DNA from: Thermoanaerobaculales bacterium
GTDB lineage: Bacteria > Acidobacteriota > Thermoanaerobaculia > Thermoanaerobaculales > Sulfomarinibacteraceae
Reading direction: 5' to 3'
Assembly (NCBI GenBank): GCA_024763555.1
Contig: JANTFG010000003.1
Span: forward strand, 1 to 43,129
Length of the DNA: 43,129 nt
Shown piece after piece: positions 25,561-35,659 of the stretch; positions within the stretch are counted from its first letter, which is position 1; every line of letters begins with the position of its first letter. A model generated the notes under the pieces. It made no database searches. It was given only the letters and a program-made list of their open reading frames with translations, and was not told the DNA's origin. The translations under genes were made by a program, and so were the position numbers.

Positions 25561-27792
25561 TCACGGTATATCCACGCAGTAAATCGTCGCTGAACCATTG
25601 ATATGCTCGAGCGTTACGTTGAGAAACAGACAGGTTACTTCTGACCTGTAAAGCGGGTTATCCCAACTAACATAAACAGGAGGTTCGATATAGAGGTCTA
25701 TGCTGTGTTCCCAAGCGTTGCATGTACCTGCGATCGGAATGTCATTTTCGTCATTGCACCTCGCCGACAGGGTCATCCACTCGCCCCAATCGCTCAGATC
25801 GACGACCTCGCTCACGGCGTACACGTCGCTCTTCGAGGTTAAGAATCCGCTGCCAACATCGACCGGATGAATGCTTCCGTCTGCAATATCCACCCCTGAA
25901 AGTGAACCGTCGGAGATATCCGCCCCTGAGAGCGACCCGTCCAAGACCTTCGTCGAAAAAACTGCATTGTCGGCAAGCTCGGTTCCCCCGACCGCTCCAT
26001 CGACAATATGCGCCCCGGTGACCGAATTCAGGCCGAGCTTGCTGCCCGAGACGGCGCCATCCGCGAGATCGGCGCCGACGATGCTGCCGTCGAGGATTTT
26101 CGATGAGGTGACCGAGTTCATCGCCATCTTCGCGTTCGTGACCGCCGCGTCGTGGAGCTTGTCGGTGATAACCGCTCCGGGACCGAGCTTTGCGTTTTGC
26201 ACGGAACCATCTGCCAGCTTGCTGCCCGTCACCGCACCGTCTGCAAGGTCAACCGCGGCGATGGTGCCGTTCGAGATCGTCGTGCTGGTCACCGAATCGT
26301 CGGCGAGACTGCCCGCCCCGATGGCGCCCGGCGCGAGCTTGTCCGCGGTGACCGCGCCGTCGGCGAGCTGGCCGGTGCCGACCGCGCCCGCATCGATGTC
26401 GGCCGTGGCGATCCCGCCGTCCTCGATCGCGCTGCTCCCAACCGATTCGGGAGCCAGATCGGCCGCAGTGATGGTCCCGTCAAGGATCGCCGCCGAGTCC
26501 ACCGCGCCCGTCTTGAGGTGTCTCGTCGCCACCGCATCGTCGGCGAGCTTGGTCCCGGTCACCGAGCCGTTGTCGAGGTCGGTGGTGGCGATCGATCCGT
26601 TCGCGATCTTGACTCCGGTCACCGCGTTGTCCGCGATCTTGTCGGTGGTCACCACCTTCGGTCCGAGGTCGGCGGTGCGGACCGCGCCGTCCTGGATCTT
26701 GCGCCCGGTCACCGCGTTGTCGGCCAGATCGGCGGCCGCGATCGTGCCGTCGAGGATCTTCCCGGTGGTGACCGCGTTGTCGGCGAGCTGGGCGTTCTCC
26801 ACCGCACCCGCGCGGATCTTGGCAGAATCCACCGCCCCGTTGACGATCTTGGCTCCGGTCACCGAGCCGTCCGCCAGGTCGGCTTTGCCGACGTCACCGT
26901 CGAGGATTCCGGCGGAAGTCACGCAGTCCGGACAGTCGAGCCCGGTACCCCGAAGCGTTCCGTTCACGTCGAGGGTCATGGCGCCGCCACCCGTGTTACG
27001 GACCCAAAAGGTCTCATCGCTCGCCGAGGAACGGTCGATCCCCCACTCGTAAACCGAGGTATTCGTCCCGCCGTCGAGGGTCCCGTCGAGCAACAGGTCG
27101 GGCCCACCCTCGGTGTTCGCTGCACCGACACCTGCGCCGTAGACCGACGCGCTCACCCCGACCACGCCGTACGCCTCGGAATCGGTTTCCGGGTTCTCGC
27201 CGCGGATCGCCGCCGACGCCGTCGGCACCGACTTGCGATGGCCGGTCGATCCCGATGCAGTGGCAGGGACAGTGGCAGCGGCAGGGACAGCGGCAGCCGT
27301 CAGCGGCAGCGATCCCTCTCCCTTCGCGGCGTCCCACCGCCGCAGCACCTCCAACGCCCGCTTCATCTCCTCGGCCGAGGGCGCCGACGGCACCGCGAAG
27401 TACCGGCCCTCCGACCAGTCCCCCGCCTCAACCACCTCGTCGCCCGCGAGCTCACTCACCGAACGGACGAACCAGATATAGCGCCCACCGGGGGCAAGAC
27501 ACTGATCGGCAGCCGGCGTCCAACTCGTCGAACCAGCGGGGAGGCGCCGATAGAGCACTTCGGACTCCTCATCGAATCTCGGCGCCGCCTGTGGATCCTC
27601 AGGGAGTACATAGCCGACGAGTTCATATCCTGAGGCCCCCTCGACCGAGGTCCAGCTGAAGGTCGGGCAGGGGTTGTTGAGTTGGGCCACATGGTCCACC
27701 GCGCCGGGTGAAACTCCTTCTGTGGCCAATGCAAGACCGCTGAGACACAGCCAGAATCCACACAGAAACACATACATCAGTTTCTTTTTCAT
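25561..27792 (-). CDS. Secreted/surface protein with a long 10-residue repeat region (AVTxxKIADG-like)
   Basis: Signal peptide, ~35 decapeptide repeats, Cys-containing C-terminal domain. Confidence 0.85.
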   Translation of the reverse strand: MKKKLMYVFLCGFWLCLSGLALATEGVSPGAVDHVAQLNNPCPTFSWTSVEGASGYELVGYVLPEDPQAAPRFDEESEVLYRRLPAGSTSWTPAADQCLAPGGRYIWFVRSVSELAGDEVVEAGDWSEGRYFAVPSAPSAEEMKRALEVLRRWDAAKGEGSLPLTAAAVPAAATVPATASGSTGHRKSVPTASAAIRGENPETDSEAYGVVGVSASVYGAGVGAANTEGGPDLLLDGTLDGGTNTSVYEWGIDRSSASDETFWVRNTGGGAMTLDVNGTLRGTGLDCPDCVTSAGILDGDVGKADLADGSVTGAKIVNGAVDSAKIRAGAVENAQLADNAVTTGKILDGTIAAADLADNAVTGRKIQDGAVRTADLGPKVVTTDKIADNAVTGVKIANGSIATTDLDNGSVTGTKLADDAVATRHLKTGAVDSAAILDGTITAADLAPESVGSSAIEDGGIATADIDAGAVGTGQLADGAVTADKLAPGAIGAGSLADDSVTSTTISNGTIAAVDLADGAVTGSKLADGSVQNAKLGPGAVITDKLHDAAVTNAKMAMNSVTSSKILDGSIVGADLADGAVSGSKLGLNSVTGAHIVDGAVGGTELADNAVFSTKVLDGSLSGADISDGSLSGVDIADGSIHPVDVGSGFLTSKSDVYAVSEVVDLSDWGEWMTLSARCNDENDIPIAGTCNAWEHSIDLYIEPPVYVSWDNPLYRSEVTCLFLNVTLEHINGSATIYCVDIP

Positions 27793-27862
27793 GATCATTC
27801 CTCCCTGAGATTAGAATTCGTCAAAGTGGCGGAGACCAAAGGGGCCTCCTTCCACATGAAGC

Positions 27863-28306
27863 TCATGGTGTCGCCCCGGACCACTGGTCTGTCGCACCTG
27901 TCTCGAAACCGTCGGCAAAGAGCAGGGTCGCGGCCTGTCCGTCGAGAACCTCCACATCGAATGCGGAGACCTCCGCACCGGAATGCACCTTCAGGGCATC
28001 CGTCATGCCGGCGATATGGAGTCCCGTCAGGTCGAGCAAGCCTGCAGTGATCTCCACATTGCCTTCGAGCAGGGTCGCGTCACTTCCGGCGCCGCGAAGA
28101 CTGAGGTCCCGCTGAATCAACAGGGACTCTCCGAAAACACCTGCGGCGACCGTAATTCCTGAACACGCGCCGTCATCGACGGCAGACTGGATGCTCGGGT
28201 AGGCCGCACTGGGTACCAGGCACTGGGCTGCAGCCGACGCCGAAAAGAGTAGGGGCAGGAGCAGGAGCAGGACGCCCCGGCAGACATTCAAGGGTTTGTA
28301 TTTCAT
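27863..28306 (-). CDS. Small secreted protein with C-terminal LFADGFE motif
   Basis: AGGAGG RBS, signal peptide, YPSIQSAVD beta-helix-like start, LFADGFETG..WS. Confidence 0.75.
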   Translation of the reverse strand: MKYKPLNVCRGVLLLLLPLLFSASAAAQCLVPSAAYPSIQSAVDDGACSGITVAAGVFGESLLIQRDLSLRGAGSDATLLEGNVEITAGLLDLTGLHIAGMTDALKVHSGAEVSAFDVEVLDGQAATLLFADGFETGATDQWSGATP

Positions 28307-28537
28307 CAAAAGCCTCCTTCTTTGCAGTCTTGAATCTGCATCGTTCTGTCCAGGTGACTTCGCAAGAATGATGCCAGGCCTTCCCGAGACTGAAGTTTGG
28401 GAAGTCTCCAGAGATAAGACCCATCATTGCAGTTAGTTGAAGTGATGGGCGCCATAAGACCTGTGGAAGGAAGGGTTTCTCGATATTGAGAGGTTTTCCG
28501 CCGGCCTGAAGCTAGCTGGGCCTTCTAAACCACTGAT

Positions 28538-28597
28538 TATATGGGATATTTACGCTTTTCTCGATTTCGAGAGCATTCTCTCGAAATCGAGAAAGTG
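28538..28597. repeat. Palindromic dispersed repeat, copy 2
   Basis: TTTCTCGATTTCGAGAG-CATT-CTCTCGAAATCGAGAAA hairpin. Confidence 0.8.
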
Positions 28598-28626
28598 CGC
28601 GACGAAGCCGCGGTGACTTCCGGGCG

Positions 28627-28705
28627 CGAGGAGTGAGGAGTAAGGAGGGAGGAGTAAGGAGGGAGGGGAGAAGACGATAGACACGATAGACGAAAAACGA
28701 TAGAG
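28627..28705. repeat. Heptamer (GAGGAGT/AAGGAGG) and ACGATAG repeats
   Basis: gaggagtgaggagtaaggagggaggagtaaggaggg; gacgatagacacgatagacg. Confidence 0.7.
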
Positions 28706-28757
28706 GTCCCCTGCCCGAACTCGCGTAGCCGCTGCGAATCTCAATAGGACCTAAACT

Positions 28758-29258
28758 GACCGAGCGAAAGACGCTTGAAATGAAGAACAGGGGAACGACC
28801 AGGCAAATCACCTGGAAGTGCTCCCATGCGAGGGCTGCGTTATGTCCGCTCGCACCGAGTTGCGTCAGGAGGCTGGGTCCTGTTTGCAAGCCCAGCCAGG
28901 CCATTCCGAACCCGACCACGATGCCGAAGGACATCGCGGTTCCCGCGACCCGATCCGCGCCGTCCGCGTCCCGACGTCCCACAGCCTGGGCCACTAACGC
29001 GGTCACCGCCGTGCTCAGACCCATGGTCAACGCCACCATGAGAAAAAACACCGGTCCCACGAAGGTGGCGGCTGCCAAGGCCTCTGTTCCCAGGGTTCCG
29101 ATGAAGGCCGTGTCGGCGATCATGTAGAGGGTGTAGACGGCCAATCCCGCCATCATCGGTGCTGCCATCGTCCACACAGCCCGGCGTGGGGCAGAGAGAA
29201 ACTGTTCCAGCCGACCTTGGTTGCGGGTGTCCGATGTATGAGAGGGAGCATCGTCCAT
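28758..29258 (-). pseudogene. Truncated MATE efflux transporter (N-terminal third)
   Basis: MATE motifs (ADTAFIGTLG, LVAQAVG) that end abruptly just before the repeat cluster. Confidence 0.8.
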
Positions 29259-29344
29259 AGGATGCAACCTGCGCGTCATTGAGTTTCTTGGCAAGGAGGG
29301 ATAAATGAGATCTCAAACTATAGGCTGGAGTAGCCTGAAGCCGA

Positions 29345-29408
29345 CGTGCCGCCGAATCAGCCACCCCAAGGTCAATAATTGTCAGCTTTGTGACACGTGG
29401 GACCTCAA
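29345..29408 (+). repeat. Solo copy of the right end of the 23270-23630 element
   Basis: GCCGAATCAGCCAC..AAGGTCAA..ATTGTCAGCTTTGTGACACGTGG.ACCTCAA matches 23572-23633. Confidence 0.8.
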
Positions 29409-29453
29409 CGCACCTCAACAATCCTGCTATTCTCTCACCTGGGGAGGAAATCG

Positions 29454-30812
29454 GTGGGCCATTTCTTAGTCAGACCTGAGCGCGAAGACCTGAAGGCCAT
29501 TCTCAAGCTGGCACTACCGGTTATCGCCGTTCAACTGGGCCTGATGCTGATGGGCGTCGTCGACACGATGGTTGTTGGTCGTGTCTCTGCCGTCGCTCTG
29601 GCCGCGGTCGCCCTCGGAAATCTGGCAACGATGACCATCTCCTCCTTCGGGATGGGGGTCCTCTTCGCGCTGGACCCCCTGGTTTCACAGGCGGTGGGCG
29701 CCGGCGACAAGAACTCGATCCGACGCTCGGTCCAACGGGGAATGCTGATTGCCCTGCTCCTCTGTTTTCCCACGGCCATCGCCCTGCTCCCCGGGAACCT
29801 TGTTCTCCCCCTGCTGCAGCAGCCCGCAGAAGTCATCCCGATTGCCTCCTCCTATGCCCAAATCCGCATTCTGGGCCTGCTTCCATTTTTCGGCTTCGTC
29901 GTCCTTCGCCAAACCTTGCAGGCGATGCAGAAACTCAAGCCCATTGTTCATACCACCCTCCTTGCCAATATTGTCAACCTGGGAGCGGACTACGCCCTGG
30001 TCTTCGGCTGGGGGCCCATCCCCGCCCTCGGCCCCCTGGGTTCGGCGTGGGCAACGACCGGAATCCGCTGGGTCGTTTTCTTCATCCTGATCTACATCGC
30101 CCGTCGCGACCTCGGTCCCGTCCTCTGGCCCCTGGATCCGGAGAGCTACCGCCCGAGGAGCCTGATCAACACCTTCAAACTCGGTCTGCCCATCGGCATC
30201 CAGATCCAACTCGAATTTCTGGTTTTTGGAGTTGTGGGACTTCTGATGGGACGCCTCGGATCTGCTGCGATGGCAGCCCACCAGGTCGCAATCAACCTCG
30301 CCTCGCTGACCTTCATGGTTCCCGTCGGATTTTCAGCCGCCGCCTCCGTACTCGTCGGTCATGCCGTCGGCGCCGGCGAGGATGCTGAACTTCGACGACG
30401 AATCACGGCATCCCTCTTCTGCGGGGCAGCCTTCATGAGCACGACAGCAGCGCTCTTCCTGCTGATCCCAAGGGAACTGGCCCGGCTTTACACCAATGTC
30501 GATGCTGTCATCGGCATCGCGATCCTCCTGATTCCGATCGCCGGCGTCTTTCAGGTCTTCGACGGCATCCAGGTCGTCAGTGCCGGGATCCTTAGGGGGA
30601 TGGGCGATACCCGCGCTCCAATGGTGATGAATCTCGTCGGATTCTGGCTCTGCGGCCTCCCAGTCAGCCTCTACCTCGCCTTTGGGCGGGATCACGGCGC
30701 CCAGGGACTCTGGTGGGGCCTTGTCGTCGGACTCGGTGCGGTCGCTCTCTTCCTGCTCCTGCGGATCGCCTCCAGACTCCGCGGCGAAATCCGCCGGGTC
30801 GAGGTTGAATAA
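29454..30812 (+). CDS. MATE family efflux transporter (NorM-like)
   Basis: LKLALP..DTMVVGR..LGLPIG..FQVFDGIQVV..LRGMGDTR; 12 TM. Confidence 0.93.
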   Translation: MGHFLVRPEREDLKAILKLALPVIAVQLGLMLMGVVDTMVVGRVSAVALAAVALGNLATMTISSFGMGVLFALDPLVSQAVGAGDKNSIRRSVQRGMLIALLLCFPTAIALLPGNLVLPLLQQPAEVIPIASSYAQIRILGLLPFFGFVVLRQTLQAMQKLKPIVHTTLLANIVNLGADYALVFGWGPIPALGPLGSAWATTGIRWVVFFILIYIARRDLGPVLWPLDPESYRPRSLINTFKLGLPIGIQIQLEFLVFGVVGLLMGRLGSAAMAAHQVAINLASLTFMVPVGFSAAASVLVGHAVGAGEDAELRRRITASLFCGAAFMSTTAALFLLIPRELARLYTNVDAVIGIAILLIPIAGVFQVFDGIQVVSAGILRGMGDTRAPMVMNLVGFWLCGLPVSLYLAFGRDHGAQGLWWGLVVGLGAVALFLLLRIASRLRGEIRRVEVE

Positions 30813-30985
30813 ACAAGGAGAACCTGATCTGGGCGATGCTGGCGAATGAGATGTGCCAAGTGCTTGAGGCTCTGGTGCTTGCAAAAAACGCAGGAATACT
30901 GGTGGTATGCCGAGGTCTTTCTGCAAGTGGCCGGAGTCCAAGGAGTTGGTGCAGATCGCCGGTGAGAATCGCTTAGATTAGGGAG

Positions 30986-31016
30986 AAATAAAAAACGCCC
31001 CCGGAAACGGGGGCGC
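30986..31016 (-). terminator. Rho-independent terminator of the FKBP gene
   Basis: CGCCCCCG-TTTC-CGGGGGCG followed by a T-run on the minus strand. Confidence 0.85.
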
Positions 31017-31037
31017 TGAGTTGCTATCGGAACAGAC

Positions 31038-32234
31038 CTACTTGAAATCAAGCAATTCGATATCAAAAACCAGCATGCCCGCCGGCGCGCCCGGCTTGCC
31101 CTGATAGGCCAGATTCTCGGGGATCCAGAAGCGGACTCTCTCCCCGCGTGTCATCAACTGCACGCCCTCGGTCCAGCCTGGAATCACGCGGTTGAGCGGG
31201 AAACTCGCCGGCTGACCCCGGGTAATCGAGGAGTCGAACATCTTTCCGTCCGTCGTCCACCCGGTGTAGTCGACCGTAACCTTGGATGAAGCCGTCGGGT
31301 GTTCCTTCCCTTTTCCCTCCTTCAGGACCTTATAGGCCAGGCCGCTTGCCGTTTTTTTCGCATCAGCAGGGGCCGCGGCAACATCCTTCGGAACCGGCGG
31401 TGCGTCAGGCATCTTCTCGATCTTCTCAAGCTCGGCATCGACGACGATCATGCCTTTGGGCGCGCCTGGCCTGCCCTGGAAGGCGAGGTTTTCCGGAATC
31501 CACATCCTCCGCTTCTCACCGACAACCATCAGCTGAAGTCCTTCGGCCCAGCCCGGAACGATTCCGGTGATCGGAACCGTCACCGGCTTTCCACGCATGA
31601 TCGAGGAATCAAACATCTTTCCGTCGGTGGTCCAGGCGCTGTAGTCGAAAGTCACTTTCGAATTCTCGTCGGGGTGGGCGTTGCCCGTCCCGGCCTTGAG
31701 AACCCTGGTCGCAAGACCACTGGCCGTCTTCTTTGCGTCCTCCGGAGGCGCCGCGACATCTGCGGGAGTTTCCGGCGCAGGCGGAGGTTCCGGCTGGCGC
31801 TCAAAACTCAACAGCTCCACATCAAAAACCAGCATTCCGGCCGGTTTCCCGGGCTGCCCCCCGTAGGCCAGCTTTTCAGGGATCCAGAGCCGCCTCTTTT
31901 CACCGCTGACCATCAACTGGAGTCCCTCGGTCCACCCGGGAATGACGCGATTGAGCGGAAAGGTGGCCGGCTGCCCCCTCTTCACGGAGGAATCGAACAT
32001 CTTCCCGTCAGTGGTCCAGCCGCTGTAATGGACCGTGACCTTATCCCAGGCGTGGGGATGTTCTTTCCCCGTCCCGGCCTTCAGAATCTTCGTGCAGAGT
32101 CCGCTGTCGGTACAGGCGGCATCTGCGGGAGCTTTCGCCACGTCGGTCGGCGCCGGAATATCCCCGGCGAAAGCCGGCGCGGCCGCCAAAACAAAGAAAA
32201 GGGCTGACAAACAGGTCATAAGAGAGTATTTCAT
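31038..32234 (-). CDS. Exported FKBP-type peptidyl-prolyl isomerase with three FKBP domains
   Basis: Three copies of Y.GWTTDGKMFDSS..PGW.EG; signal peptide. Confidence 0.93.
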   Translation of the reverse strand: MKYSLMTCLSALFFVLAAAPAFAGDIPAPTDVAKAPADAACTDSGLCTKILKAGTGKEHPHAWDKVTVHYSGWTTDGKMFDSSVKRGQPATFPLNRVIPGWTEGLQLMVSGEKRRLWIPEKLAYGGQPGKPAGMLVFDVELLSFERQPEPPPAPETPADVAAPPEDAKKTASGLATRVLKAGTGNAHPDENSKVTFDYSAWTTDGKMFDSSIMRGKPVTVPITGIVPGWAEGLQLMVVGEKRRMWIPENLAFQGRPGAPKGMIVVDAELEKIEKMPDAPPVPKDVAAAPADAKKTASGLAYKVLKEGKGKEHPTASSKVTVDYTGWTTDGKMFDSSITRGQPASFPLNRVIPGWTEGVQLMTRGERVRFWIPENLAYQGKPGAPAGMLVFDIELLDFK

Positions 32235-32284
32235 GCCGGATACCCTAGCCCTTTTCCTTCCACTGTGCAAGAAAGACCTCGATG

Positions 32285-32381
32285 GAGGCTGTTGCGCTGC
32301 GTACAAGTTGTTGGGTTACAACAGGATATAGGTGAGTCGAAAAGTGCTTCACCCCAGGAATCAGCGGTTAATCTCATCCAA
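32285..32381 (+). repeat. 97-bp direct repeat, copy 1
   Basis: Matches 43033-43129 with 3 mismatches. Confidence 0.9.
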
Positions 32382-32394
32382 ATCACTGAGACTC

Positions 32395-32474
32395 GGAGCG
32401 CTGACTTCAGTCCGCATTTAATTAACATCCGTTGCATCAATAGTTTCGCAAATGCGGACTGAAGTCCGCGCTCC
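32395..32474. repeat. Inverted REP-like doublet
   Basis: GGAGCGCTGACTTCAGTCCGCATTT .. AAATGCGGACTGAAGTCCGCGCTCC. Confidence 0.75.
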
Positions 32475-32710
32475 ATTTCGGCCCAATAATGCCCCGAGCT
32501 ACAGCGCAACAACCTCCGATGGACTCTCCTCCTCTCCTCGCCTTTTCCCAGTCGGAGCCTGCCACAGTTCGGGCGCCTCGACTCCGGCTGAGCACGGGAT
32601 CTGTGATCAGATGCCGGAGGTCAATCTCAAAACAGGGGGACTGATGAAGATGCTGTACCTTGGAGGTTCGGAGGAGATCCGAGCCACCTGATCGGGGTCG
32701 GCGGGTGTCT

Positions 32711-33109
32711 TCAACGGAGCAGAGAGAAGCCCGCCTGCTGGAAATGACGGTCGAAGGCGAAAACCTCGTTGATTTTCCCTTCCTCGATACAGACGAAAGA
32801 AACTGCATCGACCAGGCTGAGATCCCGTAGGCCTTTCATCATCCGATCAAGACCCTTTTCGTGGATCCTGGAATCCACCCAGAGGGTTTCAATCAAAGGC
32901 GCAAAATCCCGCCGGAAGGACTCGACCGCATCACGGCCGAGACGACGGGCGAGAAGAGCGTAGATCTCGACGAGAACGTAGGATGAGGTGATCAGAACCG
33001 CCTGGCGGTCCTGGAGTCGATGAAAGGTTTCAACCGCCTGCTGATGAACCCTATCCGTTGGAACAAGCAGTGCCAGTACCGCGCTGGTATCAATGAAAAC
33101 CCGGCTCAC
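32711..33109 (-). CDS. vapC: VapC PIN-domain toxin
   Basis: FIDTSA..E..SLVDAVSF..FAFDRHF. Confidence 0.92.
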   Translation of the reverse strand: MSRVFIDTSAVLALLVPTDRVHQQAVETFHRLQDRQAVLITSSYVLVEIYALLARRLGRDAVESFRRDFAPLIETLWVDSRIHEKGLDRMMKGLRDLSLVDAVSFVCIEEGKINEVFAFDRHFQQAGFSLLR

Positions 33110-33354
33110 TGGTATGCCTCTTCCAGGTAGTCATCATGGTCCTCCCCCAGATCGTCGGCTCTCTCCAGATCCTCCAGCTTTCCGATAAGGGCATCGGCAA
33201 GGGCATACATCTCTCGACGGTCCATGGATTCTTCCTCGAGGAGCCTGTCAATGCCGATCCGGATGGCCTCCGAGAGAGAAAGTCCTCGTCTCTCCGCGAA
33301 TACCCGGAGACGACGGTTCTGCTCCTCGGTGACCTGAATCTGAGTTCTCAGCAT
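33106..33354 (-). CDS. RHH antitoxin
   Basis: MLRTQIQ..SLSEAIR..HDDYL; overlaps vapC. Confidence 0.85.
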   Translation of the reverse strand: MLRTQIQVTEEQNRRLRVFAERRGLSLSEAIRIGIDRLLEEESMDRREMYALADALIGKLEDLERADDLGEDHDDYLEEAYQ

Positions 33355-33634
33355 GGGACCTCCTTTCTGTCTCAAATATAGTGCCATCATGATGTGATGG
33401 CAATATTGAGCCCCCTCGATGACTTTGCGCTGTGGGTCCACTTGAGGCAAAAGCGTCCACGTGAGCACGACCGCTTCTCGGTCTGTCCGTGCGAAGGGCT
33501 GGCATCGGGAAGCGAGCTGCTCTCCCGCGATTCGCCTCGCCCGGCCCACGCGGCCTCCCAACAACCGAAGCGCGAGAGGAGCCCCTCCCTTTTCGTGAGA
33601 TCCTGTCGATTCCCTGGCCTGCTATAGTAGTTTC

Positions 33635-35095
33635 ATGGACATCATCAAGGCTTCGATCAGCCCGCCGGCGTGTCATCGTCGTCCGGATCCCTTCGGCAAA
33701 TCCAGACGAAATTGCCTTTTTCTCCTTCTATTGCTCCTGCTGCTGCCGGCCCTGCCCTGCTCCGCCGACTGGATGCGGAGCTATTCCGGTATCAATTGGA
33801 TTTCCGCCATTGTCCCCGTTTCTCCGGATGGCTTCGTCGCAGTCGATTTCAACAGGGTTCTCCGCTTTGACGGGCATGGGGATGTTTTGTGGGCGACCAT
33901 GCTTCAGGATGAAGGGAGTGGGCTCTACTTCGGGGACTGCGCGCTGACACCCGAGGGGGACATCGTTGTTGCAGGGACCAGTGGGGTCTCCAGCGACTCA
34001 CCATCAGGCGTCATCATCCGCCTTGATGATACGGGTGACATCATCTGGACACGGAAACTCGCCGGAATTCACTCCTCCCGCCTTGAGAAGATTGTCGTCT
34101 CCAGTGAAGGCCTGATATTTGCTGTCGGGACCCTTGACCCGGAAAGCGAGACGGAAGCCCTGCTGCTGGCTGCTCTTACCTCCTCCGGCGACATCGAGTG
34201 GGAAGGCGCCTTCGACTCCTTTCGATCACGCGGTTTCGGGATCAACCTGGCCTCCAACGGGGATCTTCTCGTGGCCGGCACACGAGTGTATCAACAGATT
34301 TCCATAACAGTTCCCGTCGATCGAGCATTCGTACTTCGTCTCGGGCCTGATTCCACCGGCATCTGGGGCCTGTACCACAGTGGTCCCAGTGAGCCCGAAG
34401 ATACAAGCAAAAACATTCCCATGGCCGTTCTCGAAGCAGATGATGGAGGAATTCTGGCGGGGCTCATCGAGGGAAACGCCGGCATGTCCGGCTCGACAGC
34501 AATCTTCTGGAGAGCTTCATCCCATGGATACCCCGAGGATTCCTGGTATTCGCCGGATCTGGAGAGCCTCACGGGGGGCTTTGCGGCTCGCGATTCGGGA
34601 CAGAGTCCGGTGTTTCTTGGAACATTCGCCTATCCGGAAACTGGGAGCTGGATCTGGGCCGATCCTTCGCCGGAGGGCGGTAGCTGGGCACGTACACTCT
34701 TTGGCCCCTTTGGGCCGGCGTTTGTCTTCAGAGGATGCTTTGCAGCAAACGGAGATCTCGTCTTCGCGGGTTCTGCACAGCAGGCCGGCGCCGTGATCTG
34801 GCGAACTTCTCCCGAAGGTCTGATGCCGCACTGCGAGCTTACGGAAGAGAGCCAGATGACATCAGTGAGCTATTCGCCGGAGCTGTATCATGGCTCGGCC
34901 GACCTCTCACCCATCCAGATCGGCGTTGAAGCACTTCCAATCACCGTGGAGCCTGCTGTCATCGACACTTCCTTCATCTGCGGCGATGCCACCGCAGCGC
35001 CCAGGATCCCAATGCTGAGCCCCGAGAATCTGCTGCTGCTCGCTCTCTCTCTTCTTGGGGCGGGATTCCTGATCCTTCGCTCTTCCCGCCTCTGA
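33635..35095 (+). CDS. Secreted beta-propeller-like protein with IPTL-CTERM-like sorting signal (start uncertain)
   Basis: Repeats of the GDIVVAG / G.I.W type; C-terminal IPMLS + TM + R. Confidence 0.75.
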   Translation: MDIIKASISPPACHRRPDPFGKSRRNCLFLLLLLLLLPALPCSADWMRSYSGINWISAIVPVSPDGFVAVDFNRVLRFDGHGDVLWATMLQDEGSGLYFGDCALTPEGDIVVAGTSGVSSDSPSGVIIRLDDTGDIIWTRKLAGIHSSRLEKIVVSSEGLIFAVGTLDPESETEALLLAALTSSGDIEWEGAFDSFRSRGFGINLASNGDLLVAGTRVYQQISITVPVDRAFVLRLGPDSTGIWGLYHSGPSEPEDTSKNIPMAVLEADDGGILAGLIEGNAGMSGSTAIFWRASSHGYPEDSWYSPDLESLTGGFAARDSGQSPVFLGTFAYPETGSWIWADPSPEGGSWARTLFGPFGPAFVFRGCFAANGDLVFAGSAQQAGAVIWRTSPEGLMPHCELTEESQMTSVSYSPELYHGSADLSPIQIGVEALPITVEPAVIDTSFICGDATAAPRIPMLSPENLLLLALSLLGAGFLILRSSRL

Positions 35096-35246
35096 AAGGC
35101 CGGCAGGACTCAACGTTGACAATCTGGATAACGAAGGGGAATCGGTCAGTTGGGGTGGGAATTCGAGATCATGATCGGCCGGAGCTTTTTGGTGTTTTTG
35201 GGGAAGCACGAGGCCGTTGAGGCGATGATCCCCTCTCTGGGCTGGT

Positions 35247-35525
35247 GCCGGGGCCGGAGCAGGAACCGCAGCCGCAGCCGCACACCGATGTAGGAGCCCG
35301 AGCGGAGGGCCGGAGCCGGGGCCGGAGCCGCACATCCAGAGCCGATGCCGGAGCCTAGGCGTTCGTGGGTCCTCGGCTGGACCAGGTAGACCTCCCATTG
35401 CCCCTGACACTGCCGCTGATTCTGATCCTGATTCTGCCGCTGTCGCTGAGCCTGTCCCTGGATCCGGAGCGGCAAACCGGGGTCGGAGCAGGAACAGGAG
35501 CAGCACACCGATGCCGGAGCGGAGG
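35247..35525. repeat. Hexamer tandem repeat region (GCCGGA, GCCGAT, CTGATY, GGAGCA)
   Basis: Multiple short tandem 6-mers in both orientations. Confidence 0.7.
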
Positions 35526-35659
35526 ACCGAAGCCAGTGCCGGACGAGGCAGATGGCGGGAGGGAAGCTTGTATCCCGACGCCTTCGCTTCGCCCGGACAG
35601 GCCTTGAAGCGACCGTACTCACGGGGACGCTTCGCTGCAAACCGCGCTATAGTGAGGGC

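Noticed and set aside
25871-27633. Long plus-strand ORFs (393 and 493 aa)
   Set aside because: Antisense shadows of the GC-rich repetitive minus-strand gene.
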